Shown one piece after another: positions 19,340 to 28,358 of a DNA stretch of 64,000 bases. Made by a program: the position numbers and the translations under genes. The notes beneath the pieces were generated by a model. That model ran no database searches. It was not told the DNA's origin and worked only from the letters and a program-made list of their open reading frames with translations. Source of the stretch: Candidatus Sericytochromatia bacterium (GTDB lineage Bacteria; Cyanobacteriota; Sericytochromatia; S15B-MN24; UBA4093); contig JAKFCT010000047.1 of assembly GCA_036676495.1 (NCBI GenBank), positions 43,879 to 107,878 on the forward strand. The letters run 5' to 3'. Numbering within the stretch: the stretch's first letter is position 1; each line of letters opens with the position of its first letter.

Positions 19340-19981
19340 ATGAAGAACCAGACCAACGTGACCAAGTACCGCATCCTTGCCCCCATATACGACCGCCTCA
19401 TGGGGCATCGCCTCTTTCGTGCGGCCAGACGGCGCGCGATCGGCCTCCTGGCGATCGCCCCCCGCGATCGCGTTCTGCTTGTCGGGGTTGGTACGGGCGA
19501 GGACTTGCCGTTTCTTCCTCCGACGGCCAGCGTCGTCGGGATCGACCTCTCCGAGGAGATGCTCGCGGTCGCGCGCGCGAAGTCCCCCGCCGTCGAGTTG
19601 CGGGTCATGAACGCCGAAAAGCTGGAGTATCCGGAGTCCTCGTTCGATAAAGTCGTCCTCAACTTGGTGCTGAGCGTCGTCGAACATCCCGAGCAAGCTC
19701 TGGCGGAGGCCCTGCGCGTCCTCAAGCCGGATGGCCGGATCGTCGTTTTCGACAAGTTCCTTCCGGCGGGCGAAACGCCCCCATGGGCCCGGCGGATGCT
19801 CAATGTCATCACCTCATGGGTAGGAACCGACATCAATCGGCGCTTTGATGACCTGAGTAGAGGGCTGCCACTGCAGAAGGTGTCGAGCGAACCCTCCGTC
19901 TTCGGGGGAAGCTACCAGCTCATCCTGCTTGGTAAGCGCAACACCCCGGTCTCACGACCTGAAGCCACGTCCCCTCGCTAG
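19340..19981 (+). CDS. Class I SAM methyltransferase (PmtA-like)
   Basis: VLLVGVGTGEDL, GIDLSEEML, EALRVLKPDG, GTDINRRF. Confidence 0.82.
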   Translation: MKNQTNVTKYRILAPIYDRLMGHRLFRAARRRAIGLLAIAPRDRVLLVGVGTGEDLPFLPPTASVVGIDLSEEMLAVARAKSPAVELRVMNAEKLEYPESSFDKVVLNLVLSVVEHPEQALAEALRVLKPDGRIVVFDKFLPAGETPPWARRMLNVITSWVGTDINRRFDDLSRGLPLQKVSSEPSVFGGSYQLILLGKRNTPVSRPEATSPR

Positions 19982-20002
19982 GGCGCGATCAAGGAGCGGA
20001 TC

Positions 20003-20371
20003 ATGCAAGACACCAAACCCAGCGCGGATAGCTGCGAGATCTCCTACGTCCACGGGGAGACCGTCGAAGCGATCACCGCCGACATGCCCCCTCGAGAAGC
20101 CGTCTTCGCGATGGCCGAGACCTTCAAGCTATTGAGCGATCCCACGCGCCTCAAGCTCGTCCACGCCCTTTCGCGCGGCGAGCTCTGCGTCTGCGACCTG
20201 GCCGCAATGCTGGGGGTGGGCAGCACCGCAGTCTCGAACCATCTCCGGCTGCTTCGGGGCATGCGGCTGGTCAACTACCGGCGCCAAGGCAAGATGGCCT
20301 ACTACTCACTCGCCGATGGGCACATCACCCGCCTGCTGGCCGAATGCCTGGACCACGTCCAGGAACTTTGA
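20003..20371 (+). CDS. ArsR/SmtB metal-sensing repressor (CadC/ZiaR-like)
   Basis: FKLLSDPTRLK, ELCVCDL, VSNHLRLLR; alpha5 site DGH-x10-H-x2-E. Confidence 0.92.
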   Translation: MQDTKPSADSCEISYVHGETVEAITADMPPREAVFAMAETFKLLSDPTRLKLVHALSRGELCVCDLAAMLGVGSTAVSNHLRLLRGMRLVNYRRQGKMAYYSLADGHITRLLAECLDHVQEL

Positions 20372-20391
20372 CGCATCGGAGTAAACAACCT

Positions 20392-22518
20392 ATGGCAACG
20401 ACGTCCACCACGACCCGCTTCCATCTCAAGGGGGTTTGCTGCGCAAACGAGGTCTCTCAGGTCGAGCGGAAGCTCTCGACGTTGGAAGGCATCGGCCTGG
20501 TCAAGGTCAACCCCGTGAGCTTCCAGATGACGGTCACCCATGAGACGCCCGTCGAAACCATCCAGCAGGCGATCGGCGACCTCGGCTACACGGCCGAGCC
20601 TCTGCGAGGCCAACCGATCGAGCAAACCGCTCCCCCCAGCTTCTGGTCGCAGCATGGCCAAAAACTGGCGACCGTCATCTCGGGCCTGGCCGCGCTCGCG
20701 GGCTGGCTCACCTCCCTTCGGTGGGGCGAGTCCCATGCCGGGGTCATCGGGCTTTTCGCCCTGGCGACCGGGGTGGGCGGCTTCCAGACCTTCCGACAGG
20801 GACTGCGCTCGATCCGGGCGCTGAGCTTCGACATGAACGCCCTGATGACCATCGGGGTCACCGGAGCCATCTTGATCGGGGAGTGGGCCGAGGCGGGGGC
20901 GATCGCCTTCCTGTACGCGGTCAGCAACGGGCTTGAAGCCGCCGCCATGGAGCGGACGCGGACCTCCATCCGTGGGCTCATCGAGATGGCTCCCAAGACC
21001 GCTCGAATCAAGGGGTGCAGCGGCGAAGCCGAGGTGCCGGTCGAAGAGATCGACCTCGACGACATCCTCGTGGTGCGGCCCGGCGAAAAGATCGCCATGG
21101 ACGGCGTTGTCCTCGAAGGCCAATCCTCCGTCAACCAGGCCCCCATCACGGGCGAGTCGATTCCCGTTGCGAAGACATCCGGCTCCGAGGTCTTCGCCGG
21201 CTCCGTCAACGGGGCAGGGGCGCTGGAAGTCCGCGTGACCAAGCGCGTGGAGGATACGACCCTCGCGCGCATCATCCACATGGTGGAGGATGCTCAAAGC
21301 GAGCGTGCGTCGGTTCAATCCTTCGTCGATCGCTTCGCCATGCGCTATACGCCGGTCGTCATGGGGCTCGCTCTGCTGGTCGCCCTCGTCCCGCCCCTCT
21401 TCGGCCAACCCTTGGATGTCTGGATTTACCGCGCCTTGGCCCTCATCGTGCTGGCCTGCCCCTGCGCGTTGGTTGTCTCGACCCCCGTCGCCCTGGTGGC
21501 AGGCATCGGAAATGCCGCCCGCCATGGCGTCCTCATCAAGGGTGGGACGCACCTGGAGCAGGGGGCGAGTATCCGCGTGCTGGCCTTCGATAAGACGGGC
21601 ACGCTGACCCAGGGGCGCCCAGAGGTTCAGAGCGTCATCGCGCTGGGAGGGCGTAGCGACGCGGAGGTCCTGCGCCTCGCGGCATCCGTCGAAGCACGCT
21701 CCGAGCACCCGCTCGCGGCGGCCATCCTGCGCCATGCGGAGCGTACGATCGGCTCGCCTCAAGCAGGACAGGCCTTCGAGGCCATCATCGGACATGGCGC
21801 GAAGGCGGAGGTCGACGGACGCCTCCTCTTCGTGGGCAGTCCCCGCTTCTTCGAGCAGCGGGGAACGGCGCTCGGGGAAGCCGGCGCCCATGTCACGCGC
21901 CTTCAAGCGGCCGGAAACACGGTCGTGCTCCTGGGCGACGAACATTCAGTTTACGGTCTCATCGCCATCGCCGACCCCGTGCGTCCCGAAAGCCGAGCGA
22001 TCGTGGCGGAGCTCAAGCGAATGGGGATCGCCCGGGTGGCCATGTTGACGGGGGACAACGCCCGCACCGCCCAGGAGATCGCGACGCAAATCGGGGTGGA
22101 CGAGGTCCGGGCCAACCTGCTGCCCGAAGACAAGGTCGCTGCCGTCAAGGACCTCGAAGCCCGATTCGGGCGCGTGGCCATGGTCGGAGATGGCGTCAAC
22201 GACGCCCCGGCGCTCGCAACAGCAAACCTGGGCATCGCCATGGGAGCGGTCGGCACCGACGTCGCCATCGAAACGGCCGACGTGGCGCTCATGAGCGACA
22301 ATGTCCGACGCATCCCGTTCACGATGCACCTGAGTCGCCGGACGATGCGGATCATCCGCCAGAACATCGCCTTCTCCCTGGTGGTGAAGTTCGTCGCCAC
22401 GGTGCTGGTTTTCCCGGGCTTGCTCACGCTCTGGATGGCGGTCCTCTCCGACATGGGGGCGACGATTCTGGTCGTGCTCAACGCCCTGCGACTCCTCGCC
22501 ATCAAACCCGCGGAATAG
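20392..22518 (+). CDS. cadA: P1B-type heavy-metal (Zn/Cd/Pb) translocating ATPase
   Basis: ITGES, CPC, DKTGTLT, SEHPL, GDGVNDAP; N-terminal HMA domain GVCCANE. Confidence 0.92.
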   Translation: MATTSTTTRFHLKGVCCANEVSQVERKLSTLEGIGLVKVNPVSFQMTVTHETPVETIQQAIGDLGYTAEPLRGQPIEQTAPPSFWSQHGQKLATVISGLAALAGWLTSLRWGESHAGVIGLFALATGVGGFQTFRQGLRSIRALSFDMNALMTIGVTGAILIGEWAEAGAIAFLYAVSNGLEAAAMERTRTSIRGLIEMAPKTARIKGCSGEAEVPVEEIDLDDILVVRPGEKIAMDGVVLEGQSSVNQAPITGESIPVAKTSGSEVFAGSVNGAGALEVRVTKRVEDTTLARIIHMVEDAQSERASVQSFVDRFAMRYTPVVMGLALLVALVPPLFGQPLDVWIYRALALIVLACPCALVVSTPVALVAGIGNAARHGVLIKGGTHLEQGASIRVLAFDKTGTLTQGRPEVQSVIALGGRSDAEVLRLAASVEARSEHPLAAAILRHAERTIGSPQAGQAFEAIIGHGAKAEVDGRLLFVGSPRFFEQRGTALGEAGAHVTRLQAAGNTVVLLGDEHSVYGLIAIADPVRPESRAIVAELKRMGIARVAMLTGDNARTAQEIATQIGVDEVRANLLPEDKVAAVKDLEARFGRVAMVGDGVNDAPALATANLGIAMGAVGTDVAIETADVALMSDNVRRIPFTMHLSRRTMRIIRQNIAFSLVVKFVATVLVFPGLLTLWMAVLSDMGATILVVLNALRLLAIKPAE

Positions 22519-22663
22519 GGCCATGACCTGCGGCTGTACCGCCCCCCTGGCGGCAAGGCCCTCGAGGACGGCGGAACAAAGCGCGAGGAGATCCCTTCGC
22601 TAGTCGGACGGAGGGTGGCTCAAGCCTTCGAGCGGGAGCTACCGCAGACGTCGCCCAGTCGCG

Positions 22664-23701
22664 CTAGGCCTTCAGGAAGGCAGAAAACGCCTTGAAGAGT
22701 AGGGTTTGAGCAGCATTGGGAATCGATTGATTGATCATGCAAGCGCCCGAGATCCGATGGCCTTCTGCGGTGAAGGACCAACACGCGACCGAATAGCCCG
22801 GTCCTTCCCCGTTGTGGCCGACAACCCGGCCAAATGGCATGGTCTCGACCATCAGGCCGAGGCCATAGCGAGGGTCTCGGCCCAGGGAAACCGCCCCTGG
22901 AACCGGGACCGCGGAGAGCATCTGCCCCAGCCAGAAGTCACCCAGCAAGCTGCCATTCGTCACTCCCTCCATGAGCCTGGCAAGCTCCAGGGCGGTCGAG
23001 CGAACAACCCCATGGGAGACCCAGCCTGGATCGTAGCGCGCAATGAGGTTCTCTCGGTCAGGGCCCCCCTCAAACCCGGGAGTCAAGTCGCTGGCATCGG
23101 CACGGCGAGAGGCGAACCGTGTCTCGGTCAAGCCGAGGGGAACCACGATCCGGGAAGCCAAGCTCTCGTCAGGGGTTTGGCCACCGGCCGCCTCGATGAT
23201 CCGGCGGATCAGCATGTAGCCGAGGTTCGAATAGCTCCAACCCTGCCCCGGCGCGAACAACAGCGTCGCGTCCGACAGCAACTCCATGAAACGGCTCGGC
23301 TCCCAAGCCGTCTCTGGAGATGTCCGAACCGCTTGTCGGTAGCGCGACATCCCACCGTAATCCGGCATGCCACTTGTGTGGTTAAGCAGCTGGCGCACGG
23401 TAATGGGGGCTAGGACATGTAAATCGGGAAGCCAGGCGCGGATAGGACTATCGAGTTCGAGGCGGCCCGCTTCCGACAACTGCAGCGCGAGGGTGGCCAG
23501 CACCGACTTAGTGACGCTGTAGGCATAGAACTTGGCATCGGGTCGTTCCGCCAGCTCGCCAATCCCCACCCTGAACTTGGCCTCGCCATCGACGAGCAAG
23601 GCCACGGTGGCTCCAAGCGCGCCCGTCTCGACCAGCGACTGTTCGAGGAGCGCGTGAAGCGGGATGCTCGATGGATTTACGCGCGGAAACTCGGGGGGCA
23701 T
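22664..23701 (-). CDS. Serine hydrolase, beta-lactamase/D-Ala-D-Ala peptidase family
   Basis: YSVTK (SxxK), LLNHTSG, YSN, GHNG; GAGGAG before ATG 23701. Confidence 0.85.
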   Translation of the reverse strand: MPPEFPRVNPSSIPLHALLEQSLVETGALGATVALLVDGEAKFRVGIGELAERPDAKFYAYSVTKSVLATLALQLSEAGRLELDSPIRAWLPDLHVLAPITVRQLLNHTSGMPDYGGMSRYRQAVRTSPETAWEPSRFMELLSDATLLFAPGQGWSYSNLGYMLIRRIIEAAGGQTPDESLASRIVVPLGLTETRFASRRADASDLTPGFEGGPDRENLIARYDPGWVSHGVVRSTALELARLMEGVTNGSLLGDFWLGQMLSAVPVPGAVSLGRDPRYGLGLMVETMPFGRVVGHNGEGPGYSVACWSFTAEGHRISGACMINQSIPNAAQTLLFKAFSAFLKA

Positions 23702-23810
23702 CAAGAACTCCTCGAGGACCAAACTACGACCGGATACCTGGGTGCCGAATACGCGGCTCCCCTGTCGGTGGGCAAGGGCACCGAGGAAGGGATGGGATAA
23801 CCGGTGTTGA

Positions 23811-23872
23811 ACGTTGAACCGGAAGTGCATGACGTTGCACGTATTGTCGGTTCAATGGTTCGAGGGGCCACT
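23811..23872. repeat. att-like site C: ychF 3'-end copy plus arm motif
   Basis: ACGTTGAACCGGAAGTGCATGACGT is 24/25 identical to ychF 28363-28387; GTTCAA-TGG-TTCGAG-G-GGCCACT starts at 23850. Confidence 0.85.
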
Positions 23873-24013
23873 GTTTTGACCGTGAACGATCCGGCGAATG
23901 AGGCTCGCGCCATGGGGCCCTTCGCGAGCTACAAGCTGCCGAGCCTTGGGGGAGGGGACCATGATAGAATGCGGGGGCGCGCATTCGTGGTATCGGTGTG
24001 ATTTTGGGGAAAA

Positions 24014-26299
24014 GTGGCTCTGCAGCATGGGACATGGCTTAGGTTCCTGAGGTCGGTCCTACCCCGGGAGGCTCGTGGCGGCCGGGGGGGCTGGTCACTT
24101 AGCCTTCGCTCTCGCCTGTTGTTACTGGTCCTCTTTTCGGTCGTGCCGGCCATGGGGCTGATGGTCCGCTCGGCCGCCGAGCAGCGCCAGATGGCGCTGA
24201 ACGAGGCCCGCCAGAGCGCCTTTGCCCTCATACGACCCGCTTCTTTTCAATACGACCGCATCATCCAGGAGACTCGGCAGTTGCTGGTGCTCTTGGCGGC
24301 ACATCCCCAGTTGCTCGATCCGCGAAAGCCGGACTGTCACGAGTTCCTGGCCTCCGTGCGGGACAAGTACCCCTACTATGCCAACATCGCCATGCTCAAT
24401 CGCCAAGGGGAAGTCACGTGCAGTGCCATCCCGTTCTCCGGCAAGCTCGATTTGAGGCGATTGCCGCACGCCGAGCGCGCCATGCGCACCGGAGAGCTCG
24501 CCATCGGCGACTATGAGATCGGCCCCATCTCGAATCAGGCGGTGCTAGGCTTCATGTACCCGATTCGCGAGGCCGATGGGCGAATCACGGGGGTTCTGGG
24601 CGCCACGGTGCAATTGTCGTGGCTCAGTCAGCTGGCGGCGCAGGCCCACTTGCCGCCCGGATCAGCCGTGATGCTGGTGGATCACAACGGCAAGGTGCTC
24701 GCAGTCCAACCGCATCCGGAAGCGTGGGTCGGGAAGAACGTCGCCCGCTTGCCGGTCGTCCGGACGATCCTCGAACAGAAGTCCGGGGTGGTCGAGGGGC
24801 TGGGGCCGGATGATCAAGAGCGACTCTATTCGTTTTCCCCCTTGGGAGGGGATCCCGACGTCCCCAGCGCCTACCTGGCGGTCGGAATTCCCCGTCAAGT
24901 GGCCTTCGCCAAGGCCGACGCGATGCTCGGCCGCAACCTGGCAGGCATGGGGTTGATCGGCTTGTTCAGTTTGCTCGTGGCCTGGATCATGGGCGATTGG
25001 TTCGTGTTACGCAAGGTTCAGACGCTGATCAATGCCACCAAACGCCTGGCGAGCGGAGACTTGAGCGTTCGGACCGGCATGCCCCGAGGGGGCGATGAGT
25101 TTGCGCGGCTGGCCTTCTCGTTCGACGAGATGGCCGAGGCCCTCGAAGGCCTCACGCAACGCTACGAGCTGATCCTGAATTCGGCGGGAGAGGGAATCTA
25201 CGGCGGCGATCGCGACGGCGTCATCCAGTTCATCAATCCGACCGCCGCACACATGGTCGGCTACGAAGTCGAGGAGTTGGTCGGCCGGAACGGACATGCG
25301 CTGCTTCATCACTCCCGACCGGACGGGTGCCCCTATCCTGCCTCCGAGTGTCCGGTGCTTCAAACGGTGCAGGACGGCCGGGTCCGTTCGGTGACAGACG
25401 AGGTATTCTGGCGCAAGGACGGCTCCATGTGTCCAATCGAATACCTCGTCTCCCCCATCCGCAAGGGCGGTCACATCGTGGGCGTCGTGCTCCTCATCAA
25501 GGATCTCAGCGAGCGGAGGAAAGCCGAGCTGGAGCAAACCCGGCTCAAGAGGCGCGAAGAGGCCGCCCACGCCGAGCTTGAGGCGGTCAAGCAGCTTGAT
25601 GCCATGAAGAACAACTTCGTCAACGCCGTCTCCCACGATCTCCGGACGCCCCTGACCTCCATCATGGGCTATGCCGAGTTCCTCGACGAGGAGATTGCGG
25701 GGCCTCTGACGCCCCAGCAGCGCGACTTCATCACCCAGATCGAGCGAGGCGCCAAGCGGCTCGAGTTCCTGGTCAACGATCTCCTCGACTTCGCCCGCCT
25801 GGACGCCGGGACCTTCGCGCTGCGACGGGAACCCATCGACCTGCGTACCGCCATTCAAGCAATCAGCGAGAGCGCCCAACCGCAAGCGGCGGACGCCCAC
25901 GTCGCCATCCAGGTCGATTTGCCGGACGAGTCTTTGGTCGCCATGCTGGATGCGCCCCGCATCGAACGCGTGCTGTCCAATCTCCTCAGCAATGCCCTCA
26001 AATTCTCGCCAGCCGGCGGTACGATCCGGATCCGGGCCTACAACGAGGCCGGTTCGCTGTATGCCGAGGTGGTGGATCAGGGCCCCGGCATCATTCCTGA
26101 GGACCTACCGAAGTTGTTCCATCGCTTTGCTCAGCTTGCGGATGGCCAGCGCAAGGGTGGGACGGGCCTCGGCTTGAGCATCAGCAAGGCGATCATCGAG
26201 GCGCATGGCGGCCAAATTGGGGTGCGCAGCCAGGTGGGCGTCGGCAGCACGTTCTGGTTCCGGGTACCGCTCGATGTGGCGGACAAGGGGGCCGCGTGA
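24014..26299 (+). CDS. Sensor histidine kinase (Cache-HAMP-PAS-HisKA-HATPase)
   Basis: Two TMs flanking a Cache-like domain, HAMP (GDLSVR..DEF..LA.SF.EM), PAS (FWRKDGS..PIEY), SHDLRTPLT, NLLSNALKF, GGTGLGLSI. Confidence 0.92.
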   Translation: MALQHGTWLRFLRSVLPREARGGRGGWSLSLRSRLLLLVLFSVVPAMGLMVRSAAEQRQMALNEARQSAFALIRPASFQYDRIIQETRQLLVLLAAHPQLLDPRKPDCHEFLASVRDKYPYYANIAMLNRQGEVTCSAIPFSGKLDLRRLPHAERAMRTGELAIGDYEIGPISNQAVLGFMYPIREADGRITGVLGATVQLSWLSQLAAQAHLPPGSAVMLVDHNGKVLAVQPHPEAWVGKNVARLPVVRTILEQKSGVVEGLGPDDQERLYSFSPLGGDPDVPSAYLAVGIPRQVAFAKADAMLGRNLAGMGLIGLFSLLVAWIMGDWFVLRKVQTLINATKRLASGDLSVRTGMPRGGDEFARLAFSFDEMAEALEGLTQRYELILNSAGEGIYGGDRDGVIQFINPTAAHMVGYEVEELVGRNGHALLHHSRPDGCPYPASECPVLQTVQDGRVRSVTDEVFWRKDGSMCPIEYLVSPIRKGGHIVGVVLLIKDLSERRKAELEQTRLKRREEAAHAELEAVKQLDAMKNNFVNAVSHDLRTPLTSIMGYAEFLDEEIAGPLTPQQRDFITQIERGAKRLEFLVNDLLDFARLDAGTFALRREPIDLRTAIQAISESAQPQAADAHVAIQVDLPDESLVAMLDAPRIERVLSNLLSNALKFSPAGGTIRIRAYNEAGSLYAEVVDQGPGIIPEDLPKLFHRFAQLADGQRKGGTGLGLSISKAIIEAHGGQIGVRSQVGVGSTFWFRVPLDVADKGAA

Positions 26300-26759
26300 G
26301 CCCGTGACGGTGACATCCCTTGATCCTCGAGGCCAAAGCCCATGCGTCCTCTTCCCCATGAGCACGGGTTCGAAGGTGTGGAATTCCAGCTCGCGAACCG
26401 AACCGCATGGGGTTCCAGAGCAGTTTGAAGAGACCGCGCAGGCCAGCGCGCTGCCGTACGAGGCGGATTCCTTCGGCGACGATGCCCATGGCCGTTCCAT
26501 CATGCGGCCGTCCCGCGGGGACCTCAAGCGGCACCTGACTTTCCTCAAGGGCGAGTCCCGGCGTGCGCGCTTCGCGAAAGAAACATCCTGGGCTGAGTTC
26601 CTGCTTAGCCTGCCCGCCAAGTAAGTAGAGGGACAAGTAACGAGAGCCTGACGTGAAGCCGAGTTCCCGTTTGGTTCGCGGGTCGCCACGGCTCGGAGCC
26701 ATGCAAAGCGGGCAGAGCATCCAGCCACTCTGACCGCTTTGCATTGGGCTGCAGTTTAG

Positions 26760-26821
26760 ACGTTGAAGCGGAAGTGCATGACAACACCCTTTCGTACCGT
26801 TCAACACTTCGAGTGGCCACT
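26760..26821. repeat. att-like site B: exact ychF 3'-end copy plus arm motif
   Basis: ACGTTGAAGCGGAAGTGCATGAC is 23/23 identical to ychF 28363-28385 and reads VMHFRFNV-TAA on the minus strand; GTTCAA-CAC-TTCGAG-T-GGCCACT starts at 26799. Confidence 0.9.
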
Positions 26822-27053
26822 TCCCCTCGTAACGACGCCAACCCTCCTAGGCTCCAAGGGGTAGGGCGACGCAACGCTTCCTGGTACGTCGGCTCCTACG
26901 CAAACGGGTATCCGGCGCTCAAGCGATAGAACGCACGCCCCCGTTGTCCCAGAGGAATATGCCTAGCCCTAGGCGAAGCGGCGCAGATCGGTGGAGGGTA
27001 CGGGCGCGTGACTCCAGGCGGAACACTACAATGGCTATGCGAGGAGGGGACAT

Positions 27054-27509
27054 ATGCCTGAATCACGAGTCTCACGAACAACGGATACCCCGAAGGGTTC
27101 GCGAAGCATCCAGCTGGGCCTGCTGGTCCTGCATGTTTTCGTTTCGCTGGGAGCCCTCTATGGCGGAGGCCTCCTTAGCCTGTTTCCAGACGGCTCGGCC
27201 TTGGGCACGCCGCTGGAGATGCTGCGCTACACGCCCTTTCCGGACTTCCGGATACCCGGCTTGATTCTCTTCTGGGTCATCGGGGTCGGCCACATGGTCG
27301 CCGGCATTGCGATCATGCGGCATCCTGCAAGGGCTTGGTTGCTGACGGCGGTCATGGGGCTCGTGCTCATGGGCTGGATCGTGATCCAGGTCCTCTTGAT
27401 TCGCGGATCTCACGGAGTCCACTTCCTGTACTTCGGGCTTGGGCTTGTGATTTGCGGGGCAGGCGTCTCGCTTTGGCCGCGGATGAAAAGTCGGAGCAGG
27501 CGGGGATAA
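27054..27509 (+). CDS. Hypothetical 4-TM membrane protein
   Basis: GALYGG..L...PDGS.LG.P...L..TPF.DF.IPGLIL pattern; strong SD GAGGAGG. Confidence 0.7.
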   Translation: MPESRVSRTTDTPKGSRSIQLGLLVLHVFVSLGALYGGGLLSLFPDGSALGTPLEMLRYTPFPDFRIPGLILFWVIGVGHMVAGIAIMRHPARAWLLTAVMGLVLMGWIVIQVLLIRGSHGVHFLYFGLGLVICGAGVSLWPRMKSRSRRG

Positions 27510-27787
27510 GAGCGTCTTGCCGTACGTTGAGCCCCAAAGAGAAGGGCTCCGCCTCCTACGCCCACGCAATCGCGTGAGGGCGTTCCTCGTCGTTCGCCCA
27601 GATCGGGCCTCGAAACACGGCTGCCCCATGAACGCCGATAACGGCCGATCCCTCAGCCTGAGCACCACACTCCGAACAACACCCCCTTCGTTTTCGGGTG
27701 GTCGAGATTAGACGCAGAAATCGCGACGCCCTTTAGGCTGATCCGAAAAGGATTCGTGGCTCAACTCGTCGACGGGAGGCACTTAGG

Positions 27788-28345
27788 TTGAAGGAAACCA
27801 TTGATTCCGAGCTTCTGATTACGGCGCTCAAAACCGCCGGAGTCAAACTGGACCCAGGTCTAACCGACGCCGAAGTAGCCGCTATTGAACGCACCTTCGG
27901 GATACGCTTCCCACACGACCTCAAGAGGTTGCTACAACATGCCCTTCCGGTCGGCGACCGCTTTCCCAACTGGCGTCAGGATTCCCAAGAGCTTCGGGAC
28001 CAGCTCAATTGGCCGATTCAAGGGATCTTCTTCGATATCGAGCAGAGTGACTTTTGGTGGCCCGGCTGGGGAGCGAAGCCAGCGTCACTAACGGAAGCAT
28101 TGAGCATTGCAGCCGGTGAGTTGTGGCGCGTTCCAATCTTGATCCCGATCTACGGGCACCGCTACATTCCGATGGAACCCCAGGAATCGGGAAACCCCAT
28201 CTTCTCTGTGTACCAAACCGACATCATCTACCATGGTTGCAACCTCGCGGACTACCTTCACAACGAGTTTGCCTTGGATACTCCGACCGTCCCAAAGACA
28301 TCACCTCGCCCCATACGGTTCTGGGACGAGGTGATCGAGCGCTAA
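27788..28345 (+). CDS. SMI1/KNR4 (SUKH) family protein
   Basis: GLTDAEVAAIERTFGIRFPHDL, FPNWR, P.LIPIYGHRYIP, GNPIFSVYQTDIIYHG. Confidence 0.78.
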   Translation: MKETIDSELLITALKTAGVKLDPGLTDAEVAAIERTFGIRFPHDLKRLLQHALPVGDRFPNWRQDSQELRDQLNWPIQGIFFDIEQSDFWWPGWGAKPASLTEALSIAAGELWRVPILIPIYGHRYIPMEPQESGNPIFSVYQTDIIYHGCNLADYLHNEFALDTPTVPKTSPRPIRFWDEVIER

Positions 28346-28358
28346 TCGATATTGATAT

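Noticed and set aside
22615-22640. Fifth att site (GTGGCTCAA-GCC-TTCGAG resembles the arm motif)
   Set aside because: GGCCACT is missing and there is no ychF core at the -39 position; at most a remnant.
26205-26624. Small ORF after the histidine kinase
   Set aside because: Overlaps the kinase, no clear SD and no recognisable domain; cannot be supported as a gene.
27708-27780. Further att remnant (TTAGACGCAGAA plus GTGGCTCAA-CTC-GTCGAC)
   Set aside because: Weak match and the offset is 47 rather than 39 nt.
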